64,000 nucleotides of DNA, taken from Tubiluchus corallicola (Eukaryota; Animalia; Priapulida). The translations under genes and the position numbers were made by a program. The stretch covers positions 1 to 64,000 of the forward strand of contig JAQGDQ010000043.1 of assembly GCA_030141605.1 (NCBI GenBank), in the 5' to 3' direction. Numbering within the stretch: the stretch's first letter is position 1; every line of letters starts with the position of its first letter. Shown here in pieces: positions 14,214 through 28,200 of this stretch. Under the pieces are notes generated by a model, which saw nothing but the letters and a program-made list of their open reading frames with translations, had not been told where the DNA came from and made no database searches.

Positions 14214-15328
14214 CTCTCTTCTTAGCAAGTCTTTCGGACGCTGATGTTAGTTGACAGTTGGCTTCAACGTAAGACAGGATGATGACAGAATGGCTTCTTG
14301 AGCTTTTCAGCTGCTAATCTTGTTAGAGGCGAATTTGTTTTGGTCAATAAATTAGGGTTCAAGTTTCAGCGGTGATGGGAGTATTAGAGAGTAGCTTACT
14401 TAAGCATCTGAGAGTGTAGTTGCTGGAACAAGACAAAAAGAGCTTGAATGAAAGCCAGTAACGAAAAGTGGGAGAATGCACAGCGAAAGAGAAACTAGAA
14501 AAACAAAGGTTACCTTGAAAAGAGTGTGAAAGGGGAATTGTGGTGTAAGAAATTCTGATATTTTGGTTTCCATTTATTTTTTTTTGTACTAGATTTTGTG
14601 TAATTATCTATATCCTTAATTTCGACATTATTGGCCAATTTTAGAATGAACCGCAGTTGCTAAATTTTCCAAACTGAATTTGATCGAAAGGAATGAAATG
14701 TGGAAATATTACACTGATACGCGATTTGAATCAAGATTTTTGCGTGCGCTACCGTTCTAGTGCAGTGCCGGAGCTCACAGCCTTATTAAGAATACAATCT
14801 TCCGCTAGTGCTTCACGCCCAACTGTACAGGACTACATAAGCTTACACAACAATATCTATTAGGTTTTGTTTTCTTTTGCTTCGCCATATCTTGTCATTT
14901 TCTATAGAATCTTTACAATCATTACATGTTGCCTGCAGGTGATTCAGCGGCGAAAACAAAAGTCACGATCTTCGCCTTCTCCGATTCGTTCAGTTTTGGG
15001 TATTTTTTGTCTTGATTCAGGAAGCCACATCGTGAAGCCAGTTCCCACTGTTTGTAATCTTTGCATCAGCGGGAGGTCGTGTCATTTCAAAATTCGCGTC
15101 ATGGCCGTGTACAAATATAGCTAATCGAGATTTGCGCCAGGTGGCGGGTTGGATTTTCTGCGTACAATGAGACTACCTGCATCTATTGAAGCAGGGCCTG
15201 AGGCTTGTAGTCAAGACATCAGTGGTGAATGCTCTTTAAAATATGTCTCCTTCCTTTTGTCGTTTCCTTATTTTGCAATTAACTTCCAGAGACGAATCCT
15301 GTTATAATTTTATCAGCAGGCTACTTAA

Positions 15329-15825
15329 AGGAAGACAGGTTGATTTTTCATATCTCAACTATTGATGACGTCGGAAACTAATATAATTTTCAACAGCAAA
15401 AATATTTCACGAGCGTGTTGCACGTGTTTGCGAAATCAAAAATTGGAAGTACAATGCTACTGTAAGTCATTCAGTGTGTTGTACTAAAATTACGCATGTT
15501 GTAAGCTAAAAATTCAAATTTTATCGCTGTGCTCAGGCGTGAGCTGTCGAGCGTGCGTAGTTCGTCAGAAACTAACACATCTGAAGTGAGATCCTACATT
15601 TGTGCAATGCGTTTCCGAAATGCAGGCGCTAGTGCAACTCTAACAATAGCGAATGGTGAAATGCATATAACAGCGAAGAACTAGTGGCGCGAACGCGAAA
15701 TTGTGTTTGTGTGGCAATAATTCATTCAAGTAATTCATTTTCGAAAAAATAGTATCTTTCCTTCCATATTTTTAAAGAATAGATTGTTTTGACCTACAGT
15801 TTAAGAGACTGGGCCCGGTTCTGCT
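15329..15825 (+). mobile_element. Second, internally deleted copy of the same TTAA-flanked MITE (~497 bp)
   Basis: Starts TTAA|AGGAAGACAGGTTGATTTTTCATATC. It shares tgttgcacgtgtttg, gctgtgctca..gagct.tcga, gctagtgc, aagaacta, tgtgg.aataattc.ttca and the right end with 57214-57795, and ends ...GGTTCTGCT|CTAA. Confidence 0.75.
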
Positions 15826-17901
15826 CTAAGTAAAAGACGGTTGGAAATTAGGCCCATTAGCCCATAACCCACAGCCATGACCAACTACCATTATTGCAAC
15901 CTGTGTTACACACGTCCCCAGTCAGCATCAGGTTGCAAATTGTAAGAAATTGCAAAAACATTTTGAATATTTTAATGGCGAATATGCCAAACTGATAGGC
16001 GGTGGGTCTCATTCTCGTCTTTTGCCATAATTTTTGGGAGAACACCCATCTCTTCATGCTTTTCAATACGCAAGACTATTTTGGTTACCACGCTATAGTC
16101 TCTTTTGGTTAAAGGGAGTTTCATTGTAGGTATTCTGCAGGGTTTTGTTTTGAGACCATTTATTTTTCCTATATATTTTTTTTCGTATACATCAACCTGA
16201 AAAGATAAATGATCATTTGTGGAGAAAACGCGTTTTCTAGTGAAAAATATTCATATCCTGTTATATAATCTGCCTTCACCTTATTTTGTTGTCTTGCTTA
16301 GTCTCCTGCGAGGTTTACAGTAAGACAAAAACAAGGTCAGTGTGTGATTAGAGCTCAGTTGAGATGTGAAACGAGAATTACTCCAGGGATCGAGCAAGGA
16401 AAAATCTAATTCCACCAATTGTATAGAATAATTGCTACACAAATCTATATGGCAAGCTCTGTTTCTTATTCTACGGATGAATAGTATTGCTGTCTCAGTG
16501 TCTCAGCAATGAAATAGCTACATTTATTCGATTTCGGAAGCTTGCATGATATTTGTTTTTTACGCAATATGTAGCACAATTCGCAAATTATTTTAAATCT
16601 CATTTTATTGGTGTAATGAAGCGAGAATTTAAAGTTTATATAACAGCACAATATATTTTAACACTCACTCTGGCACTCTGCAAGCCGGTATTCGCTATTC
16701 TGTTGTCAATGGCATGATCTCCTTAATATACATGATTGTGGCAGGACTAGAGCCTGGCTCGTCAAGGATAACTAGTTGAGGTCTGACCCTGAACTTATGG
16801 GCACCATTAGGTAACATATTTGTGTAGCTTTTCTCAACAAGGTAAATCCCCCCCCAAGGGGTAGTATGGCAGAAAAATTGTCCTGAAGCAGTTTCCACAC
16901 AAACAACCATTCAGTAGCTAACTAAACTTGGCATTGCTTAACTTCGTAAGAAGGTATATGTACACACCCTGAACAGCTGCAATGGTAAATTTATATGCAC
17001 CTCCATAAACAATGCATTACTCGTCTATAGTTGTAATTTTGCTAATTACATAATAGGTATTAATAAGGTTGCTAAATCTTGTGCTTTTAGTTTTGATCAA
17101 ATGTTCTTTGTGTTTTGCAAAATTAAATAGTTTTTTATAAGTCAGAAGTACTGCAAGTTCGAATTTTCTTTGTGCGCCGAATGTTTAATAAATCTAAAAT
17201 AACTTGCTTTAAAAGTTATTTTACACCAAAAGTGATTTGAAAGAATAATTTCTCAACAATTTTTAAGATCTGTGGAATTTTGTGTTTTCTTAACTGTTAT
17301 ATCTTTAAATTTTGTTCAAATTGAAAAGTTCGTTGTTGCATCTGGCAACATGATATAATGCTTTTTGAATGACCTGCATATAATCGCAATACTGTCTCGG
17401 TTAAAAAATTCAACTTTAAATGCAACTTTTTTAAGAGTTTAACCCTAAACGCGCCATTTCGGGCTCACAATTTGCTAATTGATTTTCACGTGCGAAGGAG
17501 TTAAAGAAAATTGCATTTCACTTATACCTGTAAGTGTGGGAAGATTCAACGAAATTACATAGACGCAGGCAGCGCAATTGAAGCGATTGGCTTGATAAAA
17601 TTATTCCTGCTCTATTGGGACCGCGCCAACGTAGCTTAAATAAAACCACATCTCTGATTATTGTTTTAGTGCTATCTCTGCCTGTAGCTTTAAGTTTATC
17701 ACAGGGTCTCAAATTTGCAATTCCGGTCACCGTCCGCGGGGTTAGAAACGGATTTTCCAGTCCCCGGGACAGCCTTGCTGTGGCAAAATTCAGCAAAATA
17801 CCGTGACTGTATGTATGCTTCATTTAGTTGAGTAACCAAATGCAGATGCTGTTTCTATGGTTGTAAAGACAGTCATTTAAATCATTTAATTTAAAGTAAT
17901 T

Positions 17902-18060
17902 ATGACGACGACGACGACGACGATGATGATGGTTCTTTATTTCGTAAATATACACAAATGAGTATATACAAACGACGAAGCCTCTATACTTACAGACCAA
18001 TAAATTACAGAGAAGTACACGAAATAAATAAGTACTGTACTATAACTAGCAAACATTTGT
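17902..18060 (-). mobile_element. Probable LINE/SINE 3' end remnant
   Basis: The minus strand reads ...GAAATAAAGAAC(CAT)3(CGT)6, i.e. AATAAA followed by a simple-repeat tail, typical of CR1/L2-group 3' ends. The inner boundary is approximate. Confidence 0.45.
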
Positions 18061-19587
18061 GATACCATTTTGCGTCAGTTCGTCAACATTACATGCACTA
18101 TGTAAAACCGTTTAGTAGTTATCTCTATATAAGCATTGCTGTATGTATCCACATTTTATGGACAACTAATAAGAAATTATTTAAACACACTTTATTTTTT
18201 ACAATTGGAATTATTGTTGATTATTTACAAAGTTAGTTAACATTCTAATTATCTAATAGAAAAAATTTAATTGCACTATATTCAGATTTTAACTATTTAA
18301 CTTTAACAGTTTCGTTTACAAGGAGAAAGGATTCTTAAACATTTAGTTTCCTTAAAACAAAATTTTCTGACAAAAATGTTCATGCAATAAATTTACAGAG
18401 GCTGGAATGATTTTCTGATCTTTTTCCTTATATCCAGTGTTGATCCCTCTACCCAAACCTTTTCTACAAACTGCTGTCTTAAATTATCCATTGGCTGGCG
18501 TAAAGGGAGCAAGTAATTTAGGTAGGGCTAATTTTCAAATGTTCACCGATCAGTACATTAATTTTGCTTTTTAGACATGATTACACCCGTTTCTTATAAC
18601 CATAACCTTATGTAGTAATGTATTATTATTAATATTCAAATTTTTCTTTAAAAGCTTTTAAACTCTGTATTGCTCAATTTGGGTTCTTTAAGGTTAATTT
18701 GTTTACATGTATTAGTGAAGTGAGATGGATTTTCCCGATATCTCGAAATTTAAACAAATTAGATTGATTAAAATATAATAGATATGTATGCTAAAAAATT
18801 CAGATAGTCCTATAGATGTTTGCTGACAGTTCTGCGAATGTATTCCCCAGTTCTACAGACATGTCAGATCAATATCATACATTTATCAACTGTGTGTGGT
18901 TTTCCATCTAAACATTTTATTTTTATAAGACGATATGTAAATAGCTCGTGAGTCTCTGTTAATATTACTTCACCACGTGGAGAGATTTTTGTGTGGTGTC
19001 TCTTTAATAACTGTTATTCTTTTTTATTTTCATGTTCGCTGCTTGCGGTTGCTGTTTCTCTTGGTTTTTCTACTTCGGCCCAGGAGAGTGTTCGTTTATT
19101 GATTCTCCAGTGTGGTTTAATTTTACTTGTCTTTGAAAAAGTTATCGGCAGAAAACCTAGGTTGACAAAATCCCTATGGCCTTTAATTGTTGAACAGGTG
19201 CAAGGTATTATACAACAAGCAATTGAGCAGGCTGCTTGAATATAAGCGCTATGCAAATATATGTAACTAATAATGACCACGTAGCAACTAAGTTAACAGT
19301 GTTTCTAATACACCACACGTTATTGTTTGACCTGCTGATTTCATGAACAACCATAAATTCACAATAGAAATGGTCGGGATAAGAACTATCAGACTAGAGC
19401 GCGGTAAAGTGTTGATACGCCGCTGCTTGTTAGTGGTATTATACTCGCTTGCTCACCATCATCGCCATTATCATCACCCTCAGTTTTGTCGTGATTGCCA
19501 TCGCTTTAACCCTTGCTATTATCATCTTGTTTAAAGTACAAAAATGGGCTCCATTCCTTTTGTCATTCGGCGGCATAGCTGAGTTGC

Positions 19588-20013
<426 letters not shown>

Positions 20014-23000
20014 TGTCACAGTTGTCATTGTTCAGGTAGAGATGTCTGATTAGTACGCTAAGCATGGCTTCGCTTGTCACAAATGACTCGCCACTTCACC
20101 TTCATTCTCGGTCACTTTGGTCGGATTAACGCTTTTTTGCAACTTATTTCGTTAGTTGCTCGCCAGATAAGAGCAGCAGTTGAGCATCTCTGGGGAGGTT
20201 TCGTTCGTGAAGTAGCGCAAAATGTGCAAATGTCTGAAAAACTAACTATGTGCACTCTGTTGTTAACAGGATGTACTGAGCAGAACTATACAACAAATAG
20301 CATGTAACGTATATAATTGAATTATTCACATGATTTTATACTTCAAGATTACCTTAAATTAAACACAGAGTGAAATTAACACCGATGAGATTAGTTTTTT
20401 TTGTTAAAAGTAGAAAGTAGTAGAACAGTTATAAAGAAATCACATTAATCACAAGAAATCACTGTACTAATTATTTTACTAGTTCACAAAGCAGATTGTG
20501 ATTACACGTTAATCTCGTTAGAAATTAATAGACGACTTTTACTTTCGACATAGTGTGTGTAGATAGATTTTGAAATATTTTTTATTACAGAGTGATGAAT
20601 TTATTTTAGCAATAGGTAGTTTGGCTTCTTATGTTTCACCATCTTGAATCGTAATCGTTAGTGCTGTCAGCAGTAATGCAGCGTTTCCACGAATGAATTA
20701 ATAAAAAAGCAGAAGCCTAGAGACCCATGTGCTCTCTGTCACACGTGCTTGTTGTTTCACTCTCAGTTTTTCTCTCCACTAATTTACGAAGAAGACCTGC
20801 TTGTGCTTCCCGGCGCTGGAAATTGGCCTCATACAGCCCACCGAACAACTGCATTCCCGGATTATCCGTCGCGATGCGGCTGTGACGACAAAAGTGGCTT
20901 CGTTTGCGCTGAAACAACACAACCGTGGAAAAGAGAAACCAAACGAAATCAGCGCCGGTCCCGAGGCGTCCACTTTCAAAACTAAGAGTCGAATTACTGT
21001 CGCATGGAATTTAAAAACAGCCCTGTTTGTTTGAGTATGTGCTAGAAGAGTTATTGACAGTGTGTTAAACTGTGCAGGCCTGTTAAAGATTATATTCACC
21101 AGGCTCGTACATTCGTTAAACTCATGCCTCATTATATTTAATAAGTTATACGACTTCAAAGAACAATAAATCATAAATGTCGATAAACAAAGAACCATTA
21201 TGATGATTTCCCATATTGACTTATAGATAGTTGTGGTCGTGATCATGAAGATGATGGTGATGACGATGACTACTTTCATTCCAATAACCAGTATGCTAAA
21301 AGATAATTTTCTTTGCCTCCAATGAAGAGATTTAGCCATTTTTGAGAAAAATATTTAGACATAATTTCAGTTTATAGTAGTAATTAATCACAATGGGAAT
21401 TCCTTTGTCTCGTTGTCACCTTGTAGTAAGTATTAGTAACCAAACAATTCTTTTGTTTTTTTGCCATTTAAAAAACAGTATTTTACGCGTGTTTATAATT
21501 CGCTGGGCTTCTAAGTTTAATTTAGCTTGTAGCCCTGCACTAAGCAAGAAGCATTTTTTATTCGCCGTTCTGAAGAAAAATATTTCACATAATCTGTGCA
21601 TGCCTCTATTTTTTCTTATTTATAATTCGGCCCGTTGCACTTACGTAATTATTGATTAGTCACGCCCGCGGATTAAGCACAATTCTAGCAGACTATATCT
21701 ATTAGTGATGTCTCTATCTCCGTTTATCCCTAGCGTACACACAGACTCATTCAGAACCTTGCTTATTTTCCGATTTAACACGATTTTTGGATTTGCGCAT
21801 TTTAGCACAGACTGAGGATTGTGTCCTGATGGTATCTCTGCCTGGCTTACGTAAAACCAGTCAATCTCTCTTGTATTGGTGAATGCTTGCGTAACGTTTT
21901 ATATAGTAAACGCAAAGACAGAGCTATGGAATATGTTTGCGAGCACGACTTTTCATTTCTTTATATCGAAAACTTTGCATAGATAACTTGCGCTTGACCT
22001 CATAATTAAACGTTTTACCAGAACTTTCAAGAGAAGATGCGTCATTTGTAGATTCTGTACCATAAATAACATTTTTCAATACAGTTTAATTACATTTCCG
22101 TGCTAAAGTGCATTGTACATTTTAATTATATTCCCATTTCCATGTCGAGATTTTTTATACAGTTTGTTTTCTATCTTTGAAAGCCTACACTGTACGTTGT
22201 GTGCACAACTGCAGATATTGTTAAACCGATGACGGATCTGGACGGACTTAATGCGTACACATCTTAAAATAAATGTATACAATTGAGCGCCATGTATAAA
22301 ATTAATGCCTCTAAAGACATGATTTATTTTAATGCGTGATTTAAAAATGTTTGTTTTTCCTTTAACTGTTTTGTGTCGCGGGAACTTCGAAAAAAGCAAG
22401 TTCGCTGGTTCTGATATGCTGTATAGCAAATTTCTGAGGTTTATATTGTTGTCCATTTTCCCTAAAGTATCAGAATTTTCGGAGCTTATTAATACACTTT
22501 TTTGTTGAATGGGAGTCATCACTCAGATAATACTTTTACACCCGAGCAGACAATGACAGACTCATTTGTGTAAATTGGACCTGTAAACCTATCCAGTCAC
22601 AGCTGATTATTTTCTTGAATTGAGAATTTAACTCTGCCAGCTTTCCCACAAGAACGTGTGGTTATCCCAGCAGTTAACTGCATCTAATACCAACAAATTG
22701 TAGTTGAATATGAATCGTGTAAATTTGCATTAGGTATACAATTATTGTCAGCGCGTGCGCATTGCGTGCTCATTGTCCGAGCTCATTTCCAATTTCCTGT
22801 TTCGTTTCTGATGGAAAACGACATTTTTGCTAAAAAATAAGGTAGCATTGTTATGGCGGACGTGCGTAGAATTACTGTTATTATGGCGTGTTAATGAGAG
22901 GAAGAGTGCAAAGAATTGATTACTTTATTCTTTATCCCCCTCACTCTGGAGGGCATACTAACAGAATCAGGAAAGGATGTGTTGCTGCCACTCAGCTGAT

Positions 23001-23737
23001 TCCTGTATTCTAAGTATCTGTATATCTGTGCGATTTTTTTTATCTTTGTGCGCGAAATGTTAAGCCTTCTGCTACCTAGTTTAAACTTTACAGTTTTTCT
23101 AAACCCGCAAGTTGCATTTCATTTTCTGTTAAACACATCCCGTTTATTGTGTCATATTAGTTATCTGATTTAACTAATTAATCATATGGTTGTATAGTAC
23201 GTGGTTCTATAGTAATATTTCTCTGTAAATAAGAGTGACTAGGTCTCTCTAAATAAAATTGCTTTATTTTTTTAGAGTACAATGTTAGTTTGTAAAGTTA
23301 ACATTCTTTTAAGTAAGTTGACTTCTGAATTTGGAAAATGAAATACTCTATCTCTTTCTATTATTCTGTGACCAATTTTTGTTTTCAGATATGATTTTTT
23401 TAGTTAAAAAAAGTTATTTGGTTTTTAGTTAGGAAACTACAACAAGTGAACACGCACGGAATCTTTTTACTCTGATTCCGGCGTGTAAAACGATGTGATA
23501 TGATTTATGCAAAATGGTCCTAAGAAGCCCTACGGGCGTGGCGCTACTGAATATAGTCAGTTGAAGTCTTACACAGGCGATGCAATAAAGCCTTATTCGT
23601 TATGCATGATTAAACATCAGGGATTTACAGTAATTCGCCGTTAAAATTGACCTGGCACCTAAATTTAATGTTATTATGTTCACCTGTTTAATGTTGTTGA
23701 ATCGTGTTTCCGATCTCTAAATCATATTCTGAACTGT

Positions 23738-23931
23738 CAGGTGACCTCTTGCGCCGGCCACGTGTCATTCACGTAATCTGTTTCGCAGGTCACCTATCGA
23801 ACAGAAAGGCAAACGCGGGTGAACAATAAACAGTGAAACAATATCTTTTTCTTACCAACGTGCGACAGCGTTGTTGAATATTAATTAAAGGGATTCACTG
23901 GTTTGCTTATGAAGCCATTTGCATATGCAAA
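23738..23931. promoter_or_regulatory. Candidate intronic enhancer with inverted AGGTCACCT pair, E-box and palindromic octamer
   Basis: CAGGTGACCT 23738-23747, CACGTG 23759-23764, AGGTCACCT 23787-23795, ATTTGCATATGCAAA 23917-23931. Motif-only evidence. Confidence 0.35.
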
Positions 23932-25187
23932 GCACACAAGTGGCCATGAGTGGCAGACGCATTTAATCGTCTGCTGGTAAGACGATGACTGGGTAAACAT
24001 GCACTCACACTTGTGCATTATTCAGACTCGTTTTATTGTCATTTTTGTTCACAAAGACCGTGAGGAAAAATGGAAGAAATCTTGCGCCTGTTTAATATGG
24101 CTGAAACTGAATGGGCGATTAAGGGTTTACAGCACACGGAGTTAGGTAAAGTTTGCGCTAAAATTTTACAAAATGTAAATATATTATTATAAGCAGAATA
24201 AACTGCCCAGTTAAATAATTTCCCTGATTTATACAAAATACTTAATCAACCTTTTATATTGTTCGCTGCTGTTGGCAACTAAGGTCGAGACCCGTGAAGC
24301 ATTTGGAGAGATGTTTAATATCCGCTTGTTAACATTAACGTTAAAGAACCGAAAAAAACTTATAATTAAATGAAGTCCCAAATAAAATTGTTAGATATGA
24401 TTTGCTCATCACGGGCTGCTGCAATTATTGACAAAAAACCATTGTTCTATTTACTAAGGTTTTATTGCACTTGTTCTCTCATAACCAATTCGGGTTATTC
24501 ATATACAGATATTACATTCTGTTGGCTTTCTTGTGTAATGCAAAATAGGCTTGTTGATATTTGAAAAAGGTTTAACTAGGAAATAGTATTTTTAAATAAC
24601 TGAAAAGCGAGTTTTAGTTGAATCTTTTGCACGATTGCACTAATGATGGTTAGTAAAACTGCCGAGGGTGTCGCTGCGGAACTGCAGTAGTCCAAGACGT
24701 GCCTTTTGGCAATCATTTGTCCCACTTGCAACACGTGTTTAAAATTTGTTGAGCAAAATATTGATATTTGCATCAGTAGCGGTGGTGGGATGTTGATTGG
24801 TGTATCAGCTGTTACACATAAATAATGCTAGTCACATGCACTTATTTTTTGCATAATTGAACAAAAACTTTGACTCCAACGATAGTAAAATACGTCAATT
24901 GTAAAAACGAATATTTTGGAACTGAAATTCAGTCTAGTGTAGTTCAGGCCAGGAGAAAACAGTAATTTAGAGACAAAAATTGCTACAAAGGCCAAGTCAT
25001 CCAAACTGTTTATCATTATACAACATTACATTAGTCATAACTAGGAAACCTCATTGTTTTGAAGGATGCGTTTCTGTAACCGAAATCATCGAAAAAACTT
25101 GCCATCTATTCTCGAAAGTTACTTTGAAAACATCATGCAAAATGCGTGGTTCACCTTTAGATAGTAAGTAACCGCATTGACAAAGGA

Positions 25188-25260
25188 TGTATATATATAT
25201 ACACACACATACATACATGTATAACAGATATACACACACGCACGCACGCACACATATATA
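25188..25260. repeat. Compound (AT)/(AC)/(ACAT)/(ACGC) microsatellite
   Basis: Directly visible. Confidence 0.85.
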
Positions 25261-28200
25261 AGGGTGGAAGAATAATTGAATGGACACTACGTGTGTTTAG
25301 ATGCTGAAGATAAGCCGAGATGCTAGGCCTGAACTGATGGTTGGCTGCCAGTCCTATTATGGACAGTTTAAATTGTCATAGTTCTGACTGTTGAGGCAGT
25401 CTTCACACCTTTGCTGGTCCTTTGTAAGAGTTAAAGGATATCCTTGACAGTAAATTAGATTCCCGTCCTGTTACAGTCAGTCGACATTAGGAATAGGTCG
25501 CTGTAGTCTAGTGCAGATTCATGTTTGCTGTGTACCAAACTGTATAAAAAATATAACAACTTTGGTGTGAAGCAGCTCTTAGATGTTTTATTTGAATGCT
25601 TTGTTGCAGCGTATCGACCAATATGTAAATGACCGAAACGTCATCAATTCAGACAATGTCACCCGTGCCGGTGTCTGAGATCCCATTTTTCTTATCAATA
25701 ACTCTGTCAGTTTCATTTTGGCAGATAGGTCCCCTGGAGACTTCCTCGGGAAGAGCTGTGCCAACCAGATTCTGAGGCAGATCTATACTTGCAACATAGA
25801 TAACAAGTTCATTGGAAGTTTTCATCGAATTAGGATTTCATTAAAATCGCGTATTTATTGAAATTTGATTACTTTTGGCACTAGAAAATATTTCTGAGAT
25901 TGACACAGAATGTGCGGTCACAGCATGGACTAATATTATTCAACATCTTTCACATTTAGTAGTACCGCATAAGGTATCAGATAAGGTATGTACCGAATGA
26001 GGTATCGTTTAGTAGTACCGTATAAGTCACATTTTGAAAATTTTTACATGTGTATTAACTGAGAGTAGCTAGATAGGTAAAGTGGCTACTGTGCTTTCGT
26101 CACGTTTACAAGCTTCGGGGCTAGCAGCAGGGCTTTTTACTCTCTGTTACTGCGTTTATTACAAACAAAAATATTTTTAAAGAATGCCACCGGCCTACAT
26201 TTGTACAGCTTCTACTGCCCTTAAATCAAGAGGTCAAGGTCACATTAACATTGGCTTTGGAAATGGACTATGTCACTGTTATTGAACTCTTAGGAGGCGT
26301 GTCTAAAATGGATAAGGCTACAAAGGGCATCAGCAACATATACAAGGCCTATAAAATAGTTTTAGAAACACCATTAGCATTTTCAACAAAATAGAGCAGC
26401 TTTTGAGCCTCTGCCTTTGCATGGGTCACATTGTAGGGGTATTCTTCAAGTCTGACATCTGTGTGGTTTAACACTTTAGCCAAACAGAGGCAACTTATTT
26501 GTTCAGATCGAGAGTCAATATTTTATATTTACCAGCACATTACTGTGCCATTCACCTCTAGACAACTTTTTACACTAATTTGTGTAAAAGGCATTCTTCA
26601 ACAGCAGCCAGTCCTTCTAAACAAATATTATTCTTTACTATCCTCGTTTTTCCCCTTTGTATGCTTGCCAGTTCTAAGTGGACTTACTGTTTTGTCTCAA
26701 AATCTGTAGTTTGCACCACTACACCTGACAGCTTCCCAATAAAGTTCAGAGCTAACTCCAGTTAAAAGCTACTATAAAGACGTAAAACATATTGTCAAGT
26801 CCTTAGATTCTGAAATTTCACACACACTCACATGATATTGCTCATTTATCTGGCCTCTCTTGCAATACTGACCGTAGCTAATCTTCGGGTAGTTGAACCA
26901 TCTACTACTTAGGAGAATGTTGTAGCGTTGGTAGTTAATATTGGTAGTTATGGAAATAGAGGTAATAGTAGTAATGAAGTTGGTAGCAGTAGCAAAGTTG
27001 ACAACATTAATAATAACCGTACATCGGTTGCGAGTGAAGATTTGGCGATAATGTTGATAAGTATTTCTTACAATGTTGAATGATTTGAACACGGCGATGA
27101 TGGTGGACTGGTGGTGATGGTGACCGGTACTGCGCACTGAAGACTCCGTTAATGCGTCTTCAGTTCTTTCTTTGCTGCTAGCTCAGTTATGTTATTAGAT
27201 TACCTGATTTTCTAGACTGCCATCAATCAACAGAATGCACTGCAAGGAAGTGAAAGGAAGGAAACGAAAGCCTGCAAGGAGTTCCGAAGCAAAGCAAGCT
27301 TTCGGTCTTGCATATAGGAACAGAAAACGTGTCTCGTCCTGAATCCTCATTGTTAGTTCAGAATTTTGTCTATTCTTGAAATTGAGGTAATATGTATCAT
27401 AAATGATTCTGGATCATGACTGTCCAAATATTGGTCAAGTGAACAAGGCCGATAACAGTTTACATTCTTAGGGTAGGCTTGATCACTTACAGTTGACTAT
27501 GGTGACATTTGGCAGCTAATCAGTGAGATTAAGCTTCTCTCTTCTACCCTGACGATGTTAGTGCAGCAGACACCCAGAATATTGCAATCTGTTGAGTACG
27601 TCTTCCGCCACGTCACGTTGGTAAAGGATTACGCTGCTATTGTCGTTTCGCCTGGTAATCTGACAGAAGAAGCCATGGGACACAGAAGAGAAGCCAACAA
27701 ATATGGAGATTACAGCAGCACCTTTTGACAGCACATGACTAAAACCCGCAACACTTTAATCTAAAGAAGCCCTGGCAATCACAAAGCAACGGATTACATT
27801 ACACCACCTCTCCTCTTGTTGCATGTTTCTCTTTCTGCTGAGGAGACCTGTAAATGTTTGCGGTAAAAAAGAGTGCAAATCATGTTGAGGACAGCACTGA
27901 TTTTTTTAGCAAAGCTGTTCAAGTGAAATTCTATGTATAAAGGCGTGTAATTATCAGTTTGGTTATGACAGGAAGAGGTCAAAGATCATTTTCTTGTTTT
28001 TAAGAATTTTCCTCCCGTACAGGCTCGCACTATAAATAAAAATTTATATCTATTGGCTTTGTTTCTTCGTTTGTAAATAAAGGAGTGTAATGTAATTTTA
28101 TCAGAATTGGAATTTTTGAAACACAGTAGATTGTTGTTAATAAACCTAATACCTGGTTATTAAAACCTTATTTTGCGGCTCCTTGCCACTGGTGATGCTT

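Noticed and set aside
20779-21339. Longest ORF in the track (186 aa, minus strand)
   Set aside because: It runs through a low-complexity (GAT)-rich tract, with no domain similarity and no supported exon structure.
24570-24800. Possible additional inverted copy of the TTAA MITE
   Set aside because: Only a short cgtgttgca-type match; the termini could not be found.
27136-27164. Hairpin ACTGAAGAC...GTCTTCAGT followed by a T-rich run (terminator-like)
   Set aside because: Intrinsic terminators are irrelevant in this eukaryotic intron. A 9-bp stem is too short for a pre-miRNA and is plausible by chance.
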